56,057 bases of DNA from Candidatus Caldarchaeales archaeon (GTDB lineage: Archaea > Thermoproteota > Nitrososphaeria_A > Caldarchaeales > Wolframiiraptoraceae), in assembly GCA_039630055.1 (NCBI GenBank), contig JBCNVN010000003.1:1-56057 (forward strand), in the 5' to 3' direction. Below, piece by piece: positions 9,270 to 18,955 of the stretch; position 1 is the first letter of the stretch, and each line of letters starts with the position of its first letter. The translations under genes were made by a program, and so were the position numbers. The notes under the pieces were generated by a model that saw only the letters and a program-made list of their open reading frames with translations, was not told the origin of the DNA and made no database searches.

Positions 9270-9942
9270 TTCTAGATTCAACTATACCTTTGATATCGAT
9301 GGTGAAATATGCAGGACCAGCACTTTCAGGTTTCTCTATGAAGAGTTCTCTAAGACCTTTAGATTCAGATCTTAATCTTATGATCCAATCAGCCCAGTGA
9401 CTAAGGATCCTATATGCTACCGCGGTTCTATCTTCTTTTTCAGGCATATCATGTACTTGACCTATATATGCTATTAAGACTCTATCTCTCTTAGTCAGTT
9501 CATATAGTATGGCGACTTGAAGTGCGAGTCTCTTATATATCTGTAGATCTTGCTTCCCTTTTCCAGATATCTCTAATCTATGCTGATGTGTTAGATCATC
9601 TAATATTATGACGTCGAACATCTTACTCGAATTGTAGAGGTTTAAGATGAATACTTCTTGATCTCTAAAATTTTGGATTATTCTTATTGATAGTCTTGAT
9701 AGGTCAAGCTCCCATGACTCTAATATCTGTAAAACTCTCTGTGGATGGAGTCTATTAGAGCAATCTATGAATAGAGGTTTTAAGCCAACTTTAATAGAAG
9801 AAGCACATATGGTTAATGCTAAACTCGTCTTTCCAGATTTCTCTTCACCATATATGAAGTATAGTTTTCCTAGTTTAAATCCTCCGTTCAAGAATCTATC
9901 TATTCCTTCAACATGAGTTGAGACGACATCTATGGTTGACAC
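9256..9942 (-). CDS. RadB-like RecA/RadA paralog
   Basis: GIDRFLNGGF, Walker A YGEEKSGKT, FID, Walker B IILDD; ATPase core only, no RadA N-terminal domain. Confidence 0.8.
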   Translation of the reverse strand: MSTIDVVSTHVEGIDRFLNGGFKLGKLYFIYGEEKSGKTSLALTICASSIKVGLKPLFIDCSNRLHPQRVLQILESWELDLSRLSIRIIQNFRDQEVFILNLYNSSKMFDVIILDDLTHQHRLEISGKGKQDLQIYKRLALQVAILYELTKRDRVLIAYIGQVHDMPEKEDRTAVAYRILSHWADWIIRLRSESKGLRELFIEKPESAGPAYFTIDIKGIVESRIKVE

Positions 9943-10084
9943 TAATACTATCCCATCATAGAGGACAAGAACGATAATAATAATTTAACTCGGAAAGCAT
10001 CCTTCGCCCAGATAGTGTTAAGATGTTCCCCATGATAATGTATGGGTTTGGGTTCTCTAATTATATCTATAGAGTTGAGCTCAA

Positions 10085-10324
10085 CTATTTCTTTTGGGAT
10101 ACTGCACCGTATAATGCTATACCCAATCCTGAGACAAGGAGGATTGCACCGAGTAATGCTCCAAGAAAATATATTCTATACTCTCTTTCAGCTCTTGGAA
10201 ACAGTGCTCTTGCAAACTGTCCTATCCAAGTCTGATATTCTGAGACCTTTGAATAGAAGATAAAGAAGACCACCATACCTATAATCATTAAGAATACTCC
10301 TATAGTTAGAATATCAGTTCTCAT
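10085..10324 (-). CDS. Small 2-TM membrane protein
   Basis: 79 aa with two hydrophobic helices; the best candidate among three overlapping ORFs. Confidence 0.6.
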   Translation of the reverse strand: MRTDILTIGVFLMIIGMVVFFIFYSKVSEYQTWIGQFARALFPRAEREYRIYFLGALLGAILLVSGLGIALYGAVSQKK

Positions 10325-10680
10325 AGATGCAACTAATATTTCATAACTTAAAAATTTTCTGAAAGATTAAAAAGATTTTTGAAATGTTTACAGACATCAC
10401 TTAAAAACATAGCCCAGCACTTTTTAAATCTCTTGTGATAATTCTCTTCCTCTCGTTTATCTCAAATCTCTCCGATGCATAGAGAGATAGCCCCATACAT
10501 ACTTCATGGATAAAATTCTCTTAAGATCCTCAACAATTTACTTTACTTTAACTAAACAATTATTCTAACAATTAGGTTAGTATTCTAGCACATCTAGCTG
10601 ATAGAATAGCTAGAGATATTATGACTACTTCAACTATCTTCTCACACAAGGATCAAATAATTCTCTATACCGGGTATATA

Positions 10681-10801
10681 TGCGGGGGGTGGGATTTGAA
10701 CCCACGAACCCCTATGGGAATCCCCAAACACCTTCAGGGGTTCTCATCTCTTGCTGGAGAACCTGAGCCCTGCGCCTTTGACCAGGCTTGGCTACCCCCG
10801 C
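10681..10801 (-). tRNA. tRNA-Leu(CAG) with two introns: 37/38 (10761-10741, 21 nt) and 43/44 (10734-10720, 15 nt)
   Basis: Reverse complement folds as acceptor GCGGGGG/CCCCCGC+A, D-arm GCC-AAGCCTGGTCAAA-GGC, anticodon stem CAGGG/CCCTG with CAG at 10765-10763, long variable arm TCCCATAGGGGTTC, and T-arm GTGGG-TTCAAAT-CCCAC. BHB motifs occur at both insertions; CCA is not encoded. Confidence 0.93.
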
Positions 10802-10890
10802 ATAGCTTGTCCATACTATAATATGGAGAGTAAAATTTATGTTATAAATTCTTATTAAGATCTCGGGAGAGATATTTAGGATCTATCTGT

Positions 10891-11861
10891 TTATTCTTCG
10901 ATTTCTTTCCTGACTTCTCCTCTCATAATCGAAAGTATTATTGCAGCGCCTAGAACTGCGAATATTATTGATATTGATAACCATAATGGTATCTCGATGA
11001 ATCGCACAATGATGAGTTTTATCTCTAAAAAGACTAGTATGCCTGCGAAGGCTGGTCCAACATACTTGAATCTAAACATTGTGATAGCTATTAGGAAGTA
11101 TAATGCTCTCAGCTCTAGGATTGCAGAGATGTTTGAAGTATATGTTAGGAAGAAATTCATTGTAATAGCTATTACTGCCGGAACGGAATCAAACGCAAAA
11201 ATTATGTCTGATGTCTCAATCGCAAGGAGAGCTAGTAAAAGCGGAGTGAACAACAGTTTTCCATCTTGTTTTGAACTAACTATAAACTTGGCTCCATCAT
11301 AATAATCGGCCATGGGAAGAAATCTCCGAGCTAATTTTATAACTGGATTTTTCGACGGGTCTACATTTATTTCCTCTACCTTGAATAGCTTTATTCCTGA
11401 ATAAATTAATACTGCGCCAAAGACATAGATTGTCCAGTGGAATTGTTCTATCAGCCATATTCCTCCAGCGACAAATACTGCCCTAAGCAATATTGCTGTG
11501 ATTATTCCAGCGTAAAGTACTATGGGCTGTACTCTAAGAGGTATATTAAAATATTCAAAAATTACTGCGAAAACGAAGAGATTATCCATGCTTAGACTTT
11601 TTTCTGTGATAAAAGCTGTATAATACAGAGCTACGGCTTCTGGACCAGCAAACCAGTTTATGAATATTCCCCAGCTAAGTCCTACGATGATCCAAAATGC
11701 TGACCAGGCTCCTGCCTCCTTATAGGTCATTGCATGCTTTCTTTTCACATCTGCGAACAAGTCTATCGCTATGATGGTATTATCACAATATGGTATAACT
11801 CCCAAAACCATAAAGGAACTTCTATCTCGACATGAGGTGGTGTAGGACCTTCTTCAACCAT
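10891..11861 (-). pseudogene. terC: TerC/Alx-family membrane protein, frameshifted near the 5' end (pseudogene or sequence error)
   Basis: Body has EKSLSMDNLFVF and IETSDIIFAFDSVPAV. The natural-looking N-terminus (ATG 11861, MVEEGPTPPHVEIEVPLWFWELYHIVII) is in another frame and stops at 11769; one missing base near 11777 would join the two. Confidence 0.75.
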
Positions 11862-12245
11862 TTACCCTTTTAGTTGAGAGCTATAAGAGTCATTAAAAAA
11901 CATTTTTCTTAGAAAGCGATCTAAACTTATTCTAAGAGTTTAAGTTACGAAGCCGATTGTATAGAAACTTTGAAGGCTGTTACTGAGAAAAAGGATTATT
12001 CTTGTTGTCTAGACTCGGATTGATACTATGAACCGCCTACCTGGAAACATTCATGATTCAACCATACTCCTAACCCGTGATTTAATTAATCAAAAATGTT
12101 AAGAAAGAGAATGATTTGTAAAGTCAACTATATTGTACTTAAGTTGCATGAACCTTATGTAGAGTAGACTTGAAAGTCTTTAAGACAAAGTGATCAGGAA
12201 ACAGGAAAAATATGGCAAAGCCAAGAAAGGAAAACATAAATGAAA

Positions 12246-14987
12246 TTACTGTAAGTTTGACCCACTAACTAGATTATATTTAGTTGATGAGAGTTTGTCG
12301 TAACGGCTAATCGATACTAGTTTCAATAATTCAATCGAGAGGAACGTGATTATGCCTCCTAAGCCTATCCATGTCAAGTCATCGAGTGTTGGGTGAGTAA
12401 GATGTAATGCTTCTCTCGTCACAGGGAATAATATCAGGAGTCCTATCAGCATGGCCTCCCATAAGATTGCCAGAATAAGCCATTTATGCGGTCTCACCCT
12501 TAAGACCGTATGTCTTAGTGACCTGCAGCTTATGGCCACTACTAGTTCTATAGCGACGAAGAGGAGAAACAGCCTCGTCCTTGCTGCATCAATGCCGTAG
12601 GGAAGGGCAGTGTAAAATGCAAGTATCATTACTGGCGGTTCAACTATTAAGGCTCTGATCAAGAAGCTTACGACTTCTTTTGAGAAGACGCTTTCACCAC
12701 GTTTCATCGGCGGTCTTTTCATTAAGTCTGGGTCGGGAGGACTTAGACCTAATGCAAGAGCCGGCAATCCATCTGTTGCTAAGTTGACGTAGAGTATGTG
12801 TACGGGTAGTAATGCTAAAGCTTCTTCACCTGAGAATCCCAAGTATCTGAGGAGGAAGAGGGTTGTGAAGGATAAGACTACGATCTCGACGAGGTTCGCT
12901 TGGAGGAGGTATGCTAGATACCTTTTAATATTGTCTAGTATCCATCTTCCAAGCTCTATAGCTTTTACAAGGGTGGCGAGACTATCATCTGTGAGTATTA
13001 GGTCTGATGATTCCTTTGAGACGGCTGTACCTCTTATCCCCATAGCCACACCTACATCAGCTCTCTTAAGTGCAGGAGCATCGTTCACCCCATCCCCGGT
13101 CATCGCTACAACCGCCCCCCTCGTCTTACATGCCTCAACTATCTTCAACTTCTGAATCGGCGTCGTCCTAGCATAAACGGTTACATCCTCTACTTTATTG
13201 GCGAGGTCCGTAGAGCTCATCACTTCAAGTTCTTGACCTGTAAGTACGAAGCCTGTCTCTATCCCACATTCTTTAGCGACCGCTATAGCGGTGAGCTTGT
13301 GGTCTCCGGTTATCATAACAGGCTTGATTCCAGCTGACTTCGCCACTTCTATAGCTTTTATAGATTCAGGTCTAGGAGGATCTATCAAACCCATTAGACC
13401 TAAGAAGGTGAGCCCGTCTTCAGCATCGGATACTTCAGGATTCTCTAGTTCTCTATATCCGAAAGCTAGAACTCTAAGCCCTTCTGATGCAAGCTGTTCA
13501 TTTATCTTTAGTAATTCTATCTTCGTGGTCTCATCAAGTATCCTCTCCTCACCATTTACTATAATCTTGGTAGAACGCTGAACGATTACTTCAGGTGCTC
13601 CTTTTACAAAAGAGACCGGTCTACCATCTACAAGGTTGATCGTTGACATCATCTTCCTCTCACTAGTGAATGGGTTCTCAGCTATCCTAGGATAGGAACT
13701 GGAAAGCTTTGAGATGTCGAAGCCTGCTTTTATAGCTGCGAAGAGGAGGGCCACTTCAGTCGGATCTCCAGAATATCTCCACTTTCCATCAGAGAAGGAG
13801 ACTGTAGCATCATTACAGAGGACTGATGATCTGATGAGAAGGTCGAAGGTTTTCGAGTTGGATGGAACGCCCTCGACCGTTCCATCAGCGTTAAAACCCG
13901 TCCCCGTGACGTTGAGAAGCCTCCGATCAACGTAGATCGCTCTAACCGTCTGCTCTCCCTTCGTAAGAGTCCCCGTCTTGTCAAAACACATGACTTGAGT
14001 AGATCCGAGACTCTCGACAGCTGCCAGTTTTCTAACTAGGGCTCCATGCTTAGCCAAGGTCCATGCGCCTATAGCTAGAGATGCTGTGACTATGGCTGGT
14101 AGAGCTTCCGGGACCGCTGCGACCGCAAGGGCTACACTAAACATGAAGACCTCGATGATAAACTCGAAGGATAAGCCGCCTAGAATCAGAGACTCGAAGA
14201 ACTCGATGGTGAAGAGTACGGCTATTATCGTTATCGCCAATATCCCAAATTTTCTCCCAAGCTCATTCATCCTAACCTCTAGCGGTGTCCTCTCCTCGCT
14301 GACAGCTCCTGTGTACATAGCTACCTTCCCGAATTCTGTAAACTTACCTGTTGAAGTAACTATAGCCTTCCCCTTACCTGAGACTACAAGAGTTCCAGCG
14401 TAGACCGTATTGACTCTATCTGCTAATGGGACGTTGATAGGGAGCTTCTTCGTCACCTTCTCGACAGGAACCGATTCTCCTGTAAGGGCTGACTCGTCGA
14501 TCTTCAACCCTGCGGATTCGATAAGTCTCCCGTCAGCCGCTACTATATCGCCTTCACCGAGGACGAGAATGTCTCCTGGGACCACGGTGTCCGTCGGTAT
14601 AGTGGTCACCTCTCCATCTCTAAGGACTCTACATGTTGGAGCTGTAAGTTCTTTAAGCTTCTCTAAAGCCTTCTCTGCCCGATACTCTTGGACGAATCCA
14701 AGTACACCTATAAAAACTATTATCACTGATATTACTATAGCCTCCACAGTCTCTCCGAGTACGGCTGTGATAGCGGTAGCAGCAAGAAGTATTAGGATAA
14801 GTGCATTCGAGAATTGTCTCAGAAATATAAAGATAGGGCTTATCCTACGTTCTTCAACAAGGATGTTGTGGCCAAACTTCTTAAGCCTCGCCTCAACCTC
14901 AGACGAGCTTAAACCTTTCTCAATATCTGTTCCAATATGTCTCACTACTTCATAGATTTCCATCGCATGAAAATCGGGCTGTGACAT
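12246..14987 (-). CDS. P2A-type cation (Ca2+/Mn2+) transporting P-type ATPase
   Basis: TGES, VPEALP, DKTGTLT, KGAPE, MTGDGVNDAPAL and M6 VNLATDGLPA. Confidence 0.95.
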   Translation of the reverse strand: MSQPDFHAMEIYEVVRHIGTDIEKGLSSSEVEARLKKFGHNILVEERRISPIFIFLRQFSNALILILLAATAITAVLGETVEAIVISVIIVFIGVLGFVQEYRAEKALEKLKELTAPTCRVLRDGEVTTIPTDTVVPGDILVLGEGDIVAADGRLIESAGLKIDESALTGESVPVEKVTKKLPINVPLADRVNTVYAGTLVVSGKGKAIVTSTGKFTEFGKVAMYTGAVSEERTPLEVRMNELGRKFGILAITIIAVLFTIEFFESLILGGLSFEFIIEVFMFSVALAVAAVPEALPAIVTASLAIGAWTLAKHGALVRKLAAVESLGSTQVMCFDKTGTLTKGEQTVRAIYVDRRLLNVTGTGFNADGTVEGVPSNSKTFDLLIRSSVLCNDATVSFSDGKWRYSGDPTEVALLFAAIKAGFDISKLSSSYPRIAENPFTSERKMMSTINLVDGRPVSFVKGAPEVIVQRSTKIIVNGEERILDETTKIELLKINEQLASEGLRVLAFGYRELENPEVSDAEDGLTFLGLMGLIDPPRPESIKAIEVAKSAGIKPVMITGDHKLTAIAVAKECGIETGFVLTGQELEVMSSTDLANKVEDVTVYARTTPIQKLKIVEACKTRGAVVAMTGDGVNDAPALKRADVGVAMGIRGTAVSKESSDLILTDDSLATLVKAIELGRWILDNIKRYLAYLLQANLVEIVVLSFTTLFLLRYLGFSGEEALALLPVHILYVNLATDGLPALALGLSPPDPDLMKRPPMKRGESVFSKEVVSFLIRALIVEPPVMILAFYTALPYGIDAARTRLFLLFVAIELVVAISCRSLRHTVLRVRPHKWLILAILWEAMLIGLLILFPVTREALHLTHPTLDDLTWIGLGGIITFLSIELLKLVSISRYDKLSSTKYNLVSGSNLQ

Positions 14988-15286
14988 CTCAAATCCCTTT
15001 TAAAAAGAGAGATACAGTTTAATATAATTATTTTCACATCATAGCCTTAAAAAGTTTGTAGGATGGTCCATGATTGATTGGTGATAATATTTTTCGAGGG
15101 TGACTCAACAGTAAAACTAGATTGTAGATGCTCTCTAACCATAAATATTTCTCAGGGGTAGCTCACCACCAAGTTCCAATTTTAGAAGAAAGGTTTAAAA
15201 GTTATCGAAATCAATAGATGATAGCATTATTATAGATATTGTAGAAAAGATGGAGAAAAAGATTATTATGTTGCTCAAGTCTTCGT

Positions 15287-16042
15287 ATGATTGAAATGAA
15301 GATCCAGAATAATTTTCTGCTAGTATTTCTCTGGCTTACACCGATCTTTATTATGTTAATGATTAGAGTTCCTTGGCTTATGATAACCGGTGCTGAGAGG
15401 TTCTTTATACCACCAAGTGAGCTCGAGTTCTATCTAGGTCAATCATCTAAATACTTCTCGATCCTGTCTGTGATGGTCTTCCTCATGTTTAGGTTTAGCA
15501 TAAGTTTTAGGGATATTGGGATCTGGTCGACGACGAGGCTGGCGTTAGGTGATATTCTCCATGGAGGCGTCTTCGCTCTATTCTACATCTTGATAACTTG
15601 GATTCTGTCAATCCTCTTCATACCTTTAATCCCTGGCAGAACTGAGACAGTTATCTTCAATGCATTCTATGGATATGTTATACCAGTAAATAAGATGGTA
15701 GAATTTGTATTACTACTTAATCCATGGTTGTACTCATTCTACATGATATCTGTTCCAGCTATAATTGAAGAATTGTATTTTAGAGGATACTCTATAAGTC
15801 TTCTCAAGAATATGTTTGGTAATTTATGGGTGGTTAATGTGGTCCAGGCAACATTATTCTCTGTTCTCCACTGGTATAGGGGATTATTAGCAGGGATAAT
15901 CCCGATGTTTCTATTCGGCTTTCTCTTCGGATTCTTAACCATAAAAAACAATTTCAGGATTACTTCTGCTCTAACGGGTCATCTGATAGTAAATAGTTTA
16001 AGCATATCCTTATACCTGCGAGGATTGGAGATGATAAGTTAA
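15287..16042 (+). CDS. CPBP (CAAX/Abi) intramembrane glutamic protease
   Basis: EELYFRG, FSVLH and GHLIVN motifs in a polytopic membrane protein. Confidence 0.9.
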   Translation: MIEMKIQNNFLLVFLWLTPIFIMLMIRVPWLMITGAERFFIPPSELEFYLGQSSKYFSILSVMVFLMFRFSISFRDIGIWSTTRLALGDILHGGVFALFYILITWILSILFIPLIPGRTETVIFNAFYGYVIPVNKMVEFVLLLNPWLYSFYMISVPAIIEELYFRGYSISLLKNMFGNLWVVNVVQATLFSVLHWYRGLLAGIIPMFLFGFLFGFLTIKNNFRITSALTGHLIVNSLSISLYLRGLEMIS

Positions 16043-16107
16043 AGACAGGATCCGACTTTACTTGGGATATTTTAAAAATAAAAGAGGGGTTTTAGGATAT
16101 TAATGAT

Positions 16108-17496
16108 TTAATCTGCTAGTGGTGGTTTGAAGAATATTCCTCCCCAGAGTAGCCATACTAGGAATAGTGCAAACACTATGTTGATTATCTGGGCTATAAC
16201 GTATGCTATTGCGGGTCTACCTCTTCCTATGGCAACTAGATCTTTGAATCTTGTGTCTAGACCGATCCCGACGAAAGCCAGCGGGAAGAATACTACACTT
16301 CTAAACAGTCTATCTACTGGAGTTGCCCAGAATTTTGCTACAAAGTCGGATTTTGCTTTCGCTAGCGAAACTCCAAATGCGTCTGCGACGGAAACTATAA
16401 CGATCGATAGGATAATGCTAGAGATTATGAATCCTAGTATGAACTTCGGGAACCTGTACCAGACCTCCAATGGGCTAACCCTCTCTTCCGGCTTCTTCTC
16501 TACTCTGAAGACCCATACCACCGCCAGTAGGAATGCTACGAAACCTATGAGAACATTCTGTGCCATTTTAACTATGGCTGCTACATCAACGGCTCTTCCA
16601 CCTAGGAAGCCTCCTGCAGCAACTACCGCAGGGGTGGTATCTATTGTGGCCCCAATCCATGCACCTGCAACATGTAGCCAGTATTGGCCTATGACTGGTG
16701 CTAGAGCTTTAGATATGTATGGGAGACCGACGAGCATCGGTACAGCTGTGATTAAGACTAGCGATATAGTGTAGCTGACATATTTTGGATCTCCCTTTAC
16801 TGCACCTCCTGCAGCGATCGATGCTGATACTCCGCAGATGGATACTCCAGAAGCCATTATGCTTGAGAACTGTCTATCGAGCCCGAACCCTCTACAGATA
16901 TAGTAGGCTGCATACCAGATCACTATTACATTTATCAGTGCTTGGACTACTGCTAATCCTCCGGCTACGACTAGGTCTGTGAAGAATATGTTGAGCCCTA
17001 GAATTACTAGACCGATCTTGATAAATAATTCTGTCTTAACGGCTGGTTTAAGCCATTTCGGTACTCCGACAGTATTACTTATCAGAAGGCCTATGATTAG
17101 AGCCCATAATGGGTATTCTAGACCCCAGGCTTTAGCGAATTCTGTAGCTCCAATGATTATGGCGATCCATGCAAATATGAACATTACAATGTATCCTGGA
17201 ATATATTCCTTTACGAATCTTCCCTCAATCACGGAGACCGCTATCACTGTTAAGATCATTGTGAAGATTAATACTATTATCCATCCAGCGAAGTGGTCTG
17301 CAGATGCCCATGCAGGTGGAGATGGAAGCCATTTTGCCTCTGCCTTTAGGTACCAGCCTACCCATGGTTGGTAAAATGGTTGTGCTGTCCATCCTGTGGC
17401 CGCAGCCGCTCCAAGTCCTATCAATAGTATTATAAAGCCTATCCAGACAGCCCACCAGTCTTCTTTCTTCCATAAACTAGACCAGGTTATCGGCAT
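16108..17496 (-). CDS. YeiH/UPF0324 putative sulfate/sulfite exporter family transporter
   Basis: EDWWAVWIG, ALIIGLLISN, ELFIKIGLVILG, SGVSICGVSASIA and WYRFPKFILGF. Confidence 0.88.
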   Translation of the reverse strand: MPITWSSLWKKEDWWAVWIGFIILLIGLGAAAATGWTAQPFYQPWVGWYLKAEAKWLPSPPAWASADHFAGWIIVLIFTMILTVIAVSVIEGRFVKEYIPGYIVMFIFAWIAIIIGATEFAKAWGLEYPLWALIIGLLISNTVGVPKWLKPAVKTELFIKIGLVILGLNIFFTDLVVAGGLAVVQALINVIVIWYAAYYICRGFGLDRQFSSIMASGVSICGVSASIAAGGAVKGDPKYVSYTISLVLITAVPMLVGLPYISKALAPVIGQYWLHVAGAWIGATIDTTPAVVAAGGFLGGRAVDVAAIVKMAQNVLIGFVAFLLAVVWVFRVEKKPEERVSPLEVWYRFPKFILGFIISSIILSIVIVSVADAFGVSLAKAKSDFVAKFWATPVDRLFRSVVFFPLAFVGIGLDTRFKDLVAIGRGRPAIAYVIAQIINIVFALFLVWLLWGGIFFKPPLAD

Positions 17497-17616
17497 ATCT
17501 ACTCGATCATGGGATAGTAGTAAAACTTTATATCTTTTTGCATGGAAAAATTTGCCTTTAAAATTTTTAGGAAGATATAGTATATATGGATAGCTGTTGA
17601 TAGGTTTAACGTAGGT

Positions 17617-18669
17617 TTGAAGATTATACAGATAGAAGTTTCTTCGAGATGTAATGCAGAATGTGTAATGTGTCCTAAACCTTATTCTAAAACCTTATGG
17701 GGTCTAGGAGACCTGAGCCTTGAAGACTACATCAAGATAAGCAACTATTTTGATGGATGGGATGTAGTATGGTTGCAGGGTTGGGGTGAACCTCTTCTCT
17801 CCAAAGACATATACGAGATGGTTAGGATAGCTGAAAGAAAAGATGTGAAGGTTGGTTTAACAACGAATGCTATGCTCCTAAGTGAGGAATGTTCGAGGAG
17901 GTTGATTGAGAGCGGATTGAAGGTTGTTACTATATCCATTGCAGGAGGGACTAGAGAGACCCATGAGAGTATTAGGAGAGGAACAAATTTTAAGAAGATT
18001 CTGGAAAATGTTAAGACATTGGTAAGATTGAGGAGGAATATGGGTGCGAGAGAGCTTAGGATATATTTCACCTTCTTAAGAATTAAGCAGAATATTGGAG
18101 AGCTTCCAAAAGTGGTCGAGCTAGCATCAGAACTAGATGTAGACAAGGTAATAGGAACAAACATTGATTATATCCCTACTAGAGAGCACTATGAGATGAA
18201 GATCTTCTCAGAAGGAAAAGCTTCTAGAGAATATTTGGAGATAGTGAAGAAGAGTGAGGAGAGGGCGAGAGAGCTTGGAGTATCGATCTACAACTATCCC
18301 CTAGAGATGAAAGAAGTCCCGGTCTGTCCTGAAGATCCTATCAAAGGGTTTTTCATCTCCTATGATGGAGCCATCTCTCCATGCGTCTACCTAAACTTAC
18401 CATTGAAATCACCATTTATCCCAAGATACTTTAACAATACCCAATTCTATATTCCAAAGACTATTTTCGGCAACATAAGGACAGAGAAGATAGAAGATAT
18501 ATTGAGAAAGAAAGAATATGTTGAGTTTAGAGAGATATATGAGAAGAGAGAGAAATTAATTAAAGCAGGAGAGGATCCTCTTCATACCTTCTTCGATTTA
18601 ATGGAATTACGTAGAATCCCTGAAATTCCTGAACCTTGTCGAACTTGTTATAAGGCTTATGGAGTTTAA
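17617..18669 (+). CDS. Radical SAM protein with SPASM/twitch domain
   Basis: CNAECVMC, LQGWGEPLL, TTNA; C-terminal C...GAISPC...FGNI...CRTC. Confidence 0.9.
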   Translation: MKIIQIEVSSRCNAECVMCPKPYSKTLWGLGDLSLEDYIKISNYFDGWDVVWLQGWGEPLLSKDIYEMVRIAERKDVKVGLTTNAMLLSEECSRRLIESGLKVVTISIAGGTRETHESIRRGTNFKKILENVKTLVRLRRNMGARELRIYFTFLRIKQNIGELPKVVELASELDVDKVIGTNIDYIPTREHYEMKIFSEGKASREYLEIVKKSEERARELGVSIYNYPLEMKEVPVCPEDPIKGFFISYDGAISPCVYLNLPLKSPFIPRYFNNTQFYIPKTIFGNIRTEKIEDILRKKEYVEFREIYEKREKLIKAGEDPLHTFFDLMELRRIPEIPEPCRTCYKAYGV

Positions 18670-18671
18670 TA

Positions 18672-18860
18672 TTAAAACTCGGTGACTGTTATAGCACCTG
18701 TTGGGCAGACTGCCTCGCATGATCTACATCCTATACATAGGTTTTGATTGACTGGCTCAGCCTTCCCATTCTGGAGCTCAAAGACACTTACGGGACAGAT
18801 CGTAACACATTCACTATCTCCTGTACATTTTCCCTTATCAACAGATACCATCCAAGGCAT
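18672..18860 (-). CDS. fdx: Dicluster ferredoxin (CxxDxxCxxxCP and CxxCxxCxxxCP)
   Basis: [12 protein letters not shown] and [12 protein letters not shown] in 62 aa. Confidence 0.95.
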   Translation of the reverse strand: MPWMVSVDKGKCTGDSECVTICPVSVFELQNGKAEPVNQNLCIGCRSCEAVCPTGAITVTEF

Positions 18861-18955
18861 ATATTCTCACAAGTACATTGATCTATATCTAAAATTTAAA
18901 TGTGATTCTTCTAAAAAATATTTTGTTAAAGAATAAAAAATGGAGAGGATAGAGG

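Noticed and set aside
10023-10263. Two short plus-strand ORFs
   Set aside because: They are antisense to the more plausible 79-aa membrane protein and have no recognisable features.
10325-10680. Possible decayed gene in the 350-nt gap beside the tRNA
   Set aside because: Purine-rich minus-strand stretches look coding-like but are interrupted by stops and match nothing I recognise.
10621-10821. 66-aa plus-strand ORF
   Set aside because: It is the antisense reading of the tRNA-Leu gene.
10085-16042. tRNA-anchored integrated element
   Set aside because: Accessory-looking genes flank the tRNA, but I found no duplicate of the tRNA end (att site) and no integrase.
12796-17593. Long antisense ORFs inside the P-type ATPase and yeiH genes (up to 215 aa)
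   Set aside because: These are shadow frames of well-supported genes, with Ser/Thr/Pro/Ile-rich composition typical of reverse-complement codons.
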